14,294 nucleotides of DNA from Candidatus Heimdallarchaeota archaeon (GTDB lineage Archaea; Asgardarchaeota; Heimdallarchaeia; JABLTI01). Positions 1 to 7,788 of the stretch are shown one piece after another. A model generated the notes under the pieces. That model was not told the origin of the DNA. It saw only the letters and a list, made by a program, of their open reading frames with translations, and did not search any database. Position numbers and translations under genes: made by a program. The stretch lies in NCBI GenBank assembly GCA_030614005.1, contig JAUWKS010000077.1, forward strand, positions 1 to 14,294, given 5' to 3'. How positions within the stretch are numbered: the first letter of the stretch is position 1; the number at the start of each line of letters is the position of its first letter.

Positions 1-1
1 G

Positions 2-427
2 AGCAGACATAGAACCATGCAAAGCAGTGGTTCGATTGGTCGCTTCGCTGGATTCCTAAGCTACAAAGCACGTCGAGTAGGTAAGAAAGTAATAAGGCTC
101 AGTGAACGAAGAACAACCAAAAGATGCAGTTACTGCATGAATATGGAGAAAAGGAAACTCTCCGAACGAACTATTAGTTGTGACTATTGTGGACTAGTAA
201 TAGATCGAGACACAAGCAGTGCAGGAACCCAAATGCAGCGCTTCCTCGCTTTACTAGCACTATCACAGAAACGCCTTGTGGTCAGGCAACGACTCTTGAA
301 AGATATTCGAGCCTTTCGAGAGAAGTTTTTTACGATACACAGCCAAACGTCAAATGAAAGTTTCTCCCCCTCCAGGGGAGTTGGGTGGACTCGCAGAAAG
401 TCAAAAGTTAACAAAAACTCTTATTAG
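2..427 (+). CDS. tnpB: TnpB-like RNA-guided endonuclease (IS200/IS605 family), C-terminal part, truncated by the window start
   Basis: The frame is open from nt 2 (SRHRTMQSSGSIGRFAGFLSYKA), so the listed ATG at 17 is internal. It shows the F..L.YKA helix, 'KKVIRLSERRTTKRC', a zinc ribbon CSYC...CDYC and a RuvC-III-like 'DRD' motif, in the standard TnpB C-terminal order. Confidence 0.85.
   Translation, partial: SRHRTMQSSGSIGRFAGFLSYKARRVGKKVIRLSERRTTKRCSYCMNMEKRKLSERTISCDYCGLVIDRDTSSAGTQMQRFLALLALSQKRLVVRQRLLKDIRAFREKFFTIHSQTSNESFSPSRGVGWTRRKSKVNKNSY
330..400 (+). mobile_element. Putative IS200/IS605 right-end / omegaRNA scaffold region overlapping the tnpB 3' end
   Basis: GC-rich island in AT-rich DNA. 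Hairpin CTCCCC(364-369)/GGGGAG(375-380) followed by GGACTCGCAGAAAG, which resembles ends I recall from archaeal tnpB elements. The TnpB omegaRNA is known to overlap the gene's 3' end. Boundaries are approximate. Confidence 0.45.
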
Positions 428-504
428 AACTCGTTAACCAAGATAGACCATAAAGAACTTCCTTGAAGTGAATTAACCAAATGAAATTTGGAGATATGTA
501 CATC

Positions 505-1872
505 ATGCCTACAACCGATTTAAGACCTTTCTTTAATCCTAAAAGCCTTGTTTTAGTTGGCGCTTCAGAACGTCCTGGTTCTATTGGTGGAATGTTAGCG
601 AAACACCTACTTGAGGGGAAATTTGAAGGTGAGCTTTATTTCACTAATCTAAAGAGAGAATCAATTTTCAATCAGAAATGTTATCCTAATCTTGAAGCAT
701 TACCTGCTGATCCAGAATTAGCTGTGATAGCAATTCCAGCAAAATTTGTCCCTGCTGAACTAGAGAACTGTGCAAAAAGAAATATCCATCATGCAATTGT
801 CCTTAGTGGTGGCTTTTCTGAAGTTGGCAATGTTGATTTAGAGAATGAACTCATTCGTGTTGCAAAAGAGCATGACATCAGAATTATTGGACCCAATTGT
901 GCAGGAATTGTTTCCACACATACAAAAATGGTTGCTGCTATGGAAAACACCTACATTCCGGGTGGGTTATCAATTATTTCCCAAAGTGGCGCACTTGCAG
1001 GTTCTATGATGTTACGTGCAACCTACGAGGGATTGGGAATTGATAAATGGATATCTTTTGGAAATGCATCTGATGTTGAAGAATCTGAATTGTTGAAATA
1101 TCTAGCTGAAGAAAAGAATTCTCCAACAAAAGTAATATTCCTTTATCTTGAAGGTGCTACTCACGGAAGAAAATTAATTACTGAAATGAGTAAAGCTACA
1201 AAACTTAAACCGGTTATATTCCTTAAAGGTGGAAGAACAGCAATTGGTAATAAGGCTGCAATGACTCATACTGCATCATTAGGAGGAGACCCTAAGATAT
1301 ACAAATCTATTGCAAAACAAACAGAGGCTATTTGGGTTGAATCTTTAGATGAAGCATTTGACACTTATTCTGCTTTAGCTTCTTATTTGAATAAAGGAGG
1401 AAAGCGAACTGCAATCGTCACCAATTCTGGTGGTCCTGGCGTTTTAATCTCGGATAATCTTGATATGCTTGGTTTAGAACTTAATCAACCTTCAGATAAA
1501 TTACGAGAACAACTTAAAGACCTTCCAGCGGCATGTCCTCGAGAGAACCCATTTGATTTGCTCGGTGATGCAACACCAGAACGGTATGAATTAGCTTTGA
1601 GAGCATTAGCTTCTTCTGGAGAATTTGATACCATTATTACAGTGATGGTTCCCCCTGGAGATGCAGATATTAATGGTGTTGCCAATGTTATGGTTTCAAT
1701 TGCAAATGAGAAACACAATACAGCAATTATTGGTTGTCTATTAGCAGGAAAGAAAGTAGAGAATGCTGTTAAAATCCTTCGAGATAATGATATCCCTACG
1801 TTTCCAACACCTAAGCGAGCTGCTTGGGGCGCTCATGCATTAAATATGTGGAAAGAAATCCGAGAAAGTTAA
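505..1872 (+). CDS. acdA: Acetate/acyl-CoA ligase (ADP-forming), alpha subunit
   Basis: FFNPKSLVLVGAS CoA-binding Rossmann start, SGGFSE, RIIGPNCAG, ISQSGAL, FGNASDV, FLYLEG, phospho-His motif AMTHTAS (His codon 1267-1269), IVTNSGGPGV, NPFDLLGDA. The start is placed at ATG 505 because GGAGAT (490-495) is an SD-like motif about 10 nt upstream. The ORF track start of 481 is possible. Confidence 0.92.
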   Translation: MPTTDLRPFFNPKSLVLVGASERPGSIGGMLAKHLLEGKFEGELYFTNLKRESIFNQKCYPNLEALPADPELAVIAIPAKFVPAELENCAKRNIHHAIVLSGGFSEVGNVDLENELIRVAKEHDIRIIGPNCAGIVSTHTKMVAAMENTYIPGGLSIISQSGALAGSMMLRATYEGLGIDKWISFGNASDVEESELLKYLAEEKNSPTKVIFLYLEGATHGRKLITEMSKATKLKPVIFLKGGRTAIGNKAAMTHTASLGGDPKIYKSIAKQTEAIWVESLDEAFDTYSALASYLNKGGKRTAIVTNSGGPGVLISDNLDMLGLELNQPSDKLREQLKDLPAACPRENPFDLLGDATPERYELALRALASSGEFDTIITVMVPPGDADINGVANVMVSIANEKHNTAIIGCLLAGKKVENAVKILRDNDIPTFPTPKRAAWGAHALNMWKEIRES

Positions 1873-1896
1873 GGATTATTTAACTTTCTTTGTCAC

Positions 1897-1903
1897 TTTT
1901 TTT
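1897..1903 (+). terminator. Poly-T archaeal-type terminator candidate for acdA
   Basis: T7 run 25 nt after the acdA stop, within a T-rich 37-nt gap between convergent genes. Confidence 0.5.
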
Positions 1904-1909
1904 AGCAAC

Positions 1910-4900
1910 TTATTCTATTGGAGTGATAATTATTTGGGCAAGGGATCTAAAGCTTGAGTAAAAAGTATTCGTTGCTGATTTTCCAATGTATCTTTCGTTC
2001 AAATCACCGAAGAATTCAAGCGCTTTGAACTCTTTTCTGTTTAAATTGCTTACCAATGCTCTCCTAAGGAAGAGTTCAATTGATTGTGAGTCCTTTGTTC
2101 TTTTGGGTGGGTCGAAAGCTTCTAGAGATAATCTAATATCTGTTGCATCATCTATCTCTTTTACAAAATAAAGTGAATCAATTGTCCCAAGGATAAAGTT
2201 CAGATGCGCTGCTGGAAGTTTAACCCTACCAAGAGAAATGTACCACAATTTTCTCTTATCATCAAAATCAACTTTGTTTCCTACTGCGAAAACATCAAAA
2301 GGTAAGCTTAAAGCTGTTCGAATGCTTTGATTGAAGATTGGTATTGCTTCTTCTACTATTGTTCTTCTGATAATTGATTTTCGTGCACCATTTATACGTT
2401 TCTTCTTGTATGCTGCTTTCAAATTATTATTTATTTTTCCTTCTAAAGAATTATTACCATTTGAAGAAATATCCTTCTTTCCAACACCATCCCAGAAAAA
2501 TTTCGATTCAAGATCCTCAATGTATTGAGAATCAACAAACCATATTGAAGTATAAATTTTCATCAGGTTTTGAAAATCTCCAACTAATGACCCAAAGCTA
2601 CCTTTAATTTTTGTGACAAGCAAATGACTTAATGCTTTTTCGAATTCAATTGGGTGATATTTTAAGGAAGGAGATATTTCATTAACAACTTCCTGAGAGA
2701 GCAGATTCAGTTCTTTGCTCCCTGTGAAGATTTTTCTCATAATGCCTCCTCCGGCCACTAAACTTGTAAGAGATCTATGCAACGTTTTCAATTTCTTCAA
2801 AGTAATACCGAATTTTTTCTTTCCGCTAATATCTCCAGCAGAAATTTTTGATTGCTTGTCAAATTTAGAGATAGCATTTTTCAAATTCTTTTGTCGTCTT
2901 TCAATAATTTTTACCGCAAATTTCACCCAAAGATGTTCCAAAACCTTCGGATACCCTAAAATTGTTTCAACTTTACCTTCAAGTTGTAAGGAAGGAATTT
3001 TAACTTTGAGTGATTTTAATTGAGAAACAGTTATATTACTCATCTTCTTTTGATCAATTGGTTTCAACCAACCAGAATTATAGGCTTCATGTGCTAATTC
3101 AATTGCAGTTGGGAGAATTGACTTTATTTTTGTGTTTTTATCAAGAATTTTTATTCCTTCACTGGAGAATAATTCACGACCACCAGGTCTTCTAATAATT
3201 TTATCTAGAAACTCTTTTAAAATGAATAAACTTTGAAGTTCAGAAGCAAGTTTTTCTATCATTCTAAGTAATTCATTTGGGGGGGAAGGCAATTTTTCTG
3301 GACCGAAAATTGTCTGTAATATTCTTGAAATAGTAGTTTCAAGAGATGAACGAAATGATTGAGAGAAGAAACCAAGATTTTCAAACGTTTCAAATCGTTG
3401 TAAAGTAGGTTTAGCACGAGAAATTCTTCTCAGCACTGTTTTCTTAGTATCTGGAACAATGTTAAATTGTAGTTTCCTTTCAAATTCACGGATACTATTT
3501 GCTAAAATAATTTCTGGTTTGCTTCTCCTGCCTTGAACGGTTTTCTCCAAACAATCAGCAATGAGAGTATAAACCATATCTGGAACATCACGTAATTGAT
3601 AGGGTTGTATCACATTCTGCAAAAAGTAAAGAATCATCAAATCTTGTGTAGAAGGATTCTTTTCATTTGTTAATGTTGAATAAGTTTGCCCAATTACATT
3701 GTACAAAATAACAGCTTCATCTAAAGATGTTCTGAATTTTTCAAGAGCTTCTTTGGATAGCTTCTTTACAGTGGGGCCCAAGGATGAAAAAGTTGGGTCT
3801 GCTAGAAGTATGAAAGGGTGTTCCTTCTTGACTGTACTAATAAATTCCTCATAGACTTTATCTAAAATCAATGATTCATTTTTCACAACATCATTTGGTG
3901 TATATTTAGAAGTAACTAGTCTAATTATCAAGAGAATTCTTTCTAGAACCCAATTTTTATCCACTAAAGCATCTTTCAATATTTTTGCTAATGTTGTCTC
4001 AACAATTTGATCCAATTCACTCTTAGCGAAAACGTTCTCTTTTGACATAGAAACGAATTTTAGCGGGAATTTTTTGAACAATTTCCGATAAAGTTCTTTG
4101 TTTGTTGCTTTTATTATTTCTGAGACAACCTTGGGTAATTTATCGTTTTTAGCGACCAATATTTTCTCAAAGATTGTTCCTTCGTCAATTAAATCAACAC
4201 CGGATATTTCAATAGACCCTCGTGCCGACAAAGCTCTGGAAGCTTCCATTAACTGAGAAAAAACTTTACCAATTTCTTCAGTAATTTCCTTCCTGGAAAC
4301 AGATGTTTTTTTGTTGAGAAAAGCTTCAATTAGTTTTTTAACTTCATTCATAGGGTTTGAGTGGGACGCAAAATAGAGTGGGAATAGAGCATCATCCTTT
4401 ACACCTTGAATGTAAATATATCTTGCAAGCTCTCGTTGCAGTTCACTTTGAGACATAGAAGATAGTTTTATTGAGTCCTTGGATTGAGACCACGTTTCGA
4501 AATCCGCTTGATTTACCCAAATATCTTCAAACAAGGCAACAATTTTTGGTTTGAATGCTTTTGTGAAATAGCGTACTTTATCACTTGATTTCTTATACAT
4601 GAAGTGTGCTGCAGAAATTATTTGGTCTATTCCTTCCTCCATCCTTGGAACAAGTCCAATACTTGTATAATGTGACTCGAATTTGGTAACAATTTCTTTT
4701 GCTAAAACTTCAGCAAAATTAACTATGAAATTCAAATCTTTATCTGGACCCGAATAGCCTCGAATGGCAACCAAAATGACAGGATTTTGCTCACCAACAA
4801 CAACCATCTTTGAAACGATAACACCATTTGGAAATCTGGACAAATTAATGCTAGAATTTTTTTTATACTCTGGTGAAGATTTATCCCCTCCGAGACCTAT

Positions 4901-5023
4901 TTCTTCTGCGAAACTTGCTAAGGCTCCACCTAGAGCAGATACTAATGAAGTATCCGTTTGTATATAACCAAGTGAAAGAAAATCTGTATTATCTTCGCGT
5001 GAAATAATTATCTGAGAGTCCAA
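1910..5023 (-). CDS. Large hypothetical protein P1 (1037 aa): N-terminal longin-like domain plus long helical region; paralog of 7789..10971
   Basis: 3.1-kb uninterrupted ORF with a TTG start; an in-frame TAG at 5056-5054 bounds the 5' end. The N-terminus reads as beta-beta-alpha-beta-beta-beta-alpha-alpha (QIIIS / FLSLG / LVSALGGALASFAEEIG / SINLSRF / GVIVSKMVVV / PVILVAIRG / two helices), the longin topology. It is collinear with P2 along its whole length. No transmembrane segment or signal peptide seen. Confidence refers to the CDS; the longin call is about 0.6. Confidence 0.9.
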   Translation of the reverse strand: MDSQIIISREDNTDFLSLGYIQTDTSLVSALGGALASFAEEIGLGGDKSSPEYKKNSSINLSRFPNGVIVSKMVVVGEQNPVILVAIRGYSGPDKDLNFIVNFAEVLAKEIVTKFESHYTSIGLVPRMEEGIDQIISAAHFMYKKSSDKVRYFTKAFKPKIVALFEDIWVNQADFETWSQSKDSIKLSSMSQSELQRELARYIYIQGVKDDALFPLYFASHSNPMNEVKKLIEAFLNKKTSVSRKEITEEIGKVFSQLMEASRALSARGSIEISGVDLIDEGTIFEKILVAKNDKLPKVVSEIIKATNKELYRKLFKKFPLKFVSMSKENVFAKSELDQIVETTLAKILKDALVDKNWVLERILLIIRLVTSKYTPNDVVKNESLILDKVYEEFISTVKKEHPFILLADPTFSSLGPTVKKLSKEALEKFRTSLDEAVILYNVIGQTYSTLTNEKNPSTQDLMILYFLQNVIQPYQLRDVPDMVYTLIADCLEKTVQGRRSKPEIILANSIREFERKLQFNIVPDTKKTVLRRISRAKPTLQRFETFENLGFFSQSFRSSLETTISRILQTIFGPEKLPSPPNELLRMIEKLASELQSLFILKEFLDKIIRRPGGRELFSSEGIKILDKNTKIKSILPTAIELAHEAYNSGWLKPIDQKKMSNITVSQLKSLKVKIPSLQLEGKVETILGYPKVLEHLWVKFAVKIIERRQKNLKNAISKFDKQSKISAGDISGKKKFGITLKKLKTLHRSLTSLVAGGGIMRKIFTGSKELNLLSQEVVNEISPSLKYHPIEFEKALSHLLVTKIKGSFGSLVGDFQNLMKIYTSIWFVDSQYIEDLESKFFWDGVGKKDISSNGNNSLEGKINNNLKAAYKKKRINGARKSIIRRTIVEEAIPIFNQSIRTALSLPFDVFAVGNKVDFDDKRKLWYISLGRVKLPAAHLNFILGTIDSLYFVKEIDDATDIRLSLEAFDPPKRTKDSQSIELFLRRALVSNLNRKEFKALEFFGDLNERYIGKSATNTFYSSFRSLAQIIITPIE

Positions 5024-5030
5024 TTTTAAT

Positions 5031-5053
5031 CCAAACTGATTGAGCGCTTTAAA
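5031..5053 (+). repeat. 23-nt imperfect direct repeat, copy 1 (copy 2 at 7892..7914)
   Basis: ccaaactgattgagcgctttaaa versus cctaactgattgaacgctttaaa: 21/23 identical. Confidence 0.6.
5046..5053 (-). promoter_or_regulatory. Candidate TATA box (TTTAAAGC) for leaderless P1 transcription
   Basis: The box begins exactly 30 nt upstream of the TTG start at 5023, matching archaeal leaderless geometry. P2 shows the same spacing. Confidence 0.45.
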
Positions 5054-5064
5054 CTATTCAATAA

Positions 5065-5083
5065 ATATATGTAGATATATGTA
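5065..5083. repeat. Short tandem direct repeat ATATATGTA x2 (10-bp period) in the divergent P1/V4R intergenic region
   Basis: atatatgta at 5065-5073 and 5075-5083. Low complexity, so it could be chance. Confidence 0.35.
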
Positions 5084-5303
5084 TTTTGGAACGTTATATT
5101 ATTATCATTTGAATAAAAATAAAACCTTTTAAAACAGTTTTGAAGATTTCTAAGATTTAAGAATTTGATTGTTTTTGTTTTTTTGCTTAAATTATCTGGT
5201 ATCCTAAGTATTTTAAATTAAATTGAATATGAAAGTAAAGCAAGACATTAGAATAACTAAACATTTTATCAAAAACGCTTGAATACAAATTATTACTCAA
5301 AAA

Positions 5304-6359
5304 ATGGTTGTGAAACATCGCATGGCTTTCAACATTATCAAAGAACAAAGAATGATTCGTACAATCTTTTACTCACTACTTCAATCTGCAGAGCTTATTG
5401 CTGATGATAAGCAATTAAGTGACGTATTTGTTTCCAACGTGGGAAAATTTGTTCGAGAGAGAACAATAATTGATGAAGGAACAAAAGAAATGAAAGAGGT
5501 TGCTTCAGAATTATTAACTGTTTTAGGATGGAAAAGTATCAGCATAAATTATAATAATAATCAAGGGACTGGAAAAGTTCTCCTTGGGAGAAATAGGTAC
5601 ATCATTAAAGAAGTAACAGATAACAAAGGGACTTTGTTATTTATACAAGCGATTTTTCAAGGAATAGGATACCATCTGTTTAATGCTCCAACCGCTGCTA
5701 CCGTGAAGCTTTCATTTAGCACAACAAGTCATTATGAAATTACCCTTCAAAGATTAAGAGAAGCTAGTTCAGAAGAAAGGCCACTAAGATCATCTGCCGG
5801 TTCAGCTTTAGTTGTAGATACATCACTTCATGGTGATTTGGAGATAAGCGATATTTTCAGTCCAATCTTCCAGAAAAGCTTACCTGAAATCTTTCTATTT
5901 GAAACTGCTTGGAAAGTTATTACCGAATCGTATGTTGCTAATTTTTCCGCAGAAGGAGATGAATCCCTAAGGGAAGCATTAAAAAATGAATCTATGGTAA
6001 ATCTTTCTCGATTCATAACTAAGATAATTGAAGAAGAAACTGAAGAAGAAATATTGAATGTGTCAGAATTAATTGGTGAGTTTATTGTTAAAATCCTTAC
6101 AACAAAAACCAATGAACCCCTTTCTAATTTGCTTCAGTCAACTCTCCAAGATCGTCATGCTAAGAGTTACTTAATTTACTATGAATGTCGAAAATTCTGT
6201 GCTGATAAGAAAATGCCTAACAGGTGTACATTTATTCGTGGTATGTGGGTAGGTATCTTAAGTGAAATCTATGGCATACCAATTAAAATTAAGGAATTAT
6301 TCCATGCAGGCAAAAGAGATCGATATTGTATGATGGAATTAGCTCCTGATAAAAATTAA
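5304..6359 (+). CDS. V4R/Bet3(TRAPP)-like fold protein, probably with two tandem domains
   Basis: The C-terminal V4R signature is CTFIRGMWVGILSEIYGIPIKIKELFHAGKRDRYCMMEL (C..RG...G...v.vkE..[C/H]...D..C). The N-terminal half has a second Bet3/V4R-like pattern (NVGKFVRE...LLTVLGW-beta...FIQAIFQGIG...ATVK...HYEITL) with no cysteines. An alternative start at 5322 has GTGA upstream. Confidence 0.8.
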   Translation: MVVKHRMAFNIIKEQRMIRTIFYSLLQSAELIADDKQLSDVFVSNVGKFVRERTIIDEGTKEMKEVASELLTVLGWKSISINYNNNQGTGKVLLGRNRYIIKEVTDNKGTLLFIQAIFQGIGYHLFNAPTAATVKLSFSTTSHYEITLQRLREASSEERPLRSSAGSALVVDTSLHGDLEISDIFSPIFQKSLPEIFLFETAWKVITESYVANFSAEGDESLREALKNESMVNLSRFITKIIEEETEEEILNVSELIGEFIVKILTTKTNEPLSNLLQSTLQDRHAKSYLIYYECRKFCADKKMPNRCTFIRGMWVGILSEIYGIPIKIKELFHAGKRDRYCMMELAPDKN

Positions 6360-6379
6360 AAGTTGTATGGAGTGTTCTT

Positions 6380-7678
6380 CTAGCTCTCCTTTTTTATTTC
6401 TCTTGAAATTTTTGCAATAGCTAGTGACGAAACTTCGGTTATAGTCAGACCTGTATTCTTGGTAATTGCTTTTACATCTTCAAATTCAGGTTTAAAGTGA
6501 ACGATTTCACCATCCTTTCCATAAGCAATCTTTCCTCTAATCTTCCAATCTTTTCCTTTAATTTTAATAGTGAATTCTTGGATTTTCCGTGAAAGCATTA
6601 TTTTCCTATTTCGTGAAATTCGCACCCCAATTGTACTTGTTTGATTCATAATCTCTGTTGCAAATTTCAGTTCATCATCTGGTGAGCAGAGTACAGTAAT
6701 TTTTGTTCCAGGTCTTCCTTTTTTCATAAAAATAGGAGTAAGGAAAACATCTTTTGCCCCTAATTCTAGTAATCTAGCACTTAAAAAGCCAATAGTTTCA
6801 CCAGAACAATCATCGATATTTGTTTCAATAACTAAAATGTCTTCTCGTTGATAGTCTGTTTGTATCAACGAACCCACAAATAATCTCAAAGCATTGGGTG
6901 ATTTTTCAAATTGCTTTGTTCCAAATCCTACACCGCATTTTTCCATTGTAAATGCAGGTGATTCTTTTTGAATTGAATATTCGTTTGTACTCATAAGAGC
7001 GGCAATGATTATTGCTGCAGTTGGAGTAAACAATTCTCCACCCAAAGTACCAACTTTGGAGGGAATCTGATATTTTTTCACTATTTCTACTACGGCAGGT
7101 GCTGGTACGGCTAAAGTTCCATGAGAGAATGTTATAGTACCTGAACCCAGAGCTATAGGCAAAACAGATAATTTCGCATCAAATAATTTCATTTTATCTA
7201 ATAGATATGCTGTCCCTAAAACATCTAGAAAAGTATCTAATGAGCCTGCTTCATGGAGATGAACTTTTTCAATTGGTTCACCATGAGCTTTGGACTCTGC
7301 TTCAAAAAGCACCTCAAATGCTTTCTTGCTAAATTGAATTGCTTTCTTAGATAGAGCTAAAAGTTTGATTGCTTCCTCAACAAGTTCAAAAGCTTGGGGA
7401 GCATGCATGTGCCTCTGAGGCTCAGATATTTTTATATCAAGATGAATACCCTGAATTGCCCTTTCATTTTTGCGCTCAATTTTAATGACTAATTCTGCTT
7501 TTCCTTCAAGCTTCGCAGCTTTGATTATTTTGTTTGCTAGCTCATTTACGAGTATTTCTCGCATTTTATCTGCTTTCGTTGCATCCTTTGACTCAGTAGC
7601 ATACAGGTCCAATAAAGCACCTAGAAACATATCTCCTGCTGCACCAGTAATTTGACCATCAATAACTAATATTTTCAT
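6380..7678 (-). CDS. larC: Nickel-pincer cofactor biosynthesis protein LarC (nickel insertase)
   Basis: GAAGDMFLGALLDL, VHLHEAGSLDTFLDV, SHGTLAVPAPAV, GELFTPTAA, GVGFGTK, PNALR, ETNIDDCSGE, DVFLTPIFMKKGRPG, TSTIGVR and KPEFEDV are all LarC hallmarks. The start was moved to ATG 7678 (MKILVID), which matches the family N-terminus; the track gives TTG 7717. Confidence 0.93.
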   Translation of the reverse strand: MKILVIDGQITGAAGDMFLGALLDLYATESKDATKADKMREILVNELANKIIKAAKLEGKAELVIKIERKNERAIQGIHLDIKISEPQRHMHAPQAFELVEEAIKLLALSKKAIQFSKKAFEVLFEAESKAHGEPIEKVHLHEAGSLDTFLDVLGTAYLLDKMKLFDAKLSVLPIALGSGTITFSHGTLAVPAPAVVEIVKKYQIPSKVGTLGGELFTPTAAIIIAALMSTNEYSIQKESPAFTMEKCGVGFGTKQFEKSPNALRLFVGSLIQTDYQREDILVIETNIDDCSGETIGFLSARLLELGAKDVFLTPIFMKKGRPGTKITVLCSPDDELKFATEIMNQTSTIGVRISRNRKIMLSRKIQEFTIKIKGKDWKIRGKIAYGKDGEIVHFKPEFEDVKAITKNTGLTITEVSSLAIAKISREIKKES

Positions 7679-7760
7679 TATTATTTCACAGACCTTTATA
7701 GGAGGATTAGACAACAACTACAGTTTTTAGTTCTATATCCATTGAACTTAATAATAATTG

Positions 7761-7776
7761 ACAAGTAAAAACTTGT
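7761..7776. promoter_or_regulatory. Perfect inverted repeat ACAAGT-AAAA-ACTTGT between the P2 stop and larC (operator or terminator hairpin candidate)
   Basis: 6-bp perfect arms with a 4-nt spacer, 12 nt downstream of the P2 stop and about 80 nt upstream of the larC ATG. Confidence 0.3.
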
Positions 7777-7788
7777 TGTTTAATTTTA

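Noticed and set aside
457-469. ACTT-CCTTG-AAGT mini-hairpin as the IS right end
   Set aside because: Only a 4-bp AT-rich stem, too weak to support a transposon end.
1986-4967. Small + strand ORFs (1986, 2331, 2374, 2715, 3010, 4764) inside P1
   Set aside because: Antisense shadows of a long ORF whose coding status is supported by paralog conservation; no recognisable motifs.
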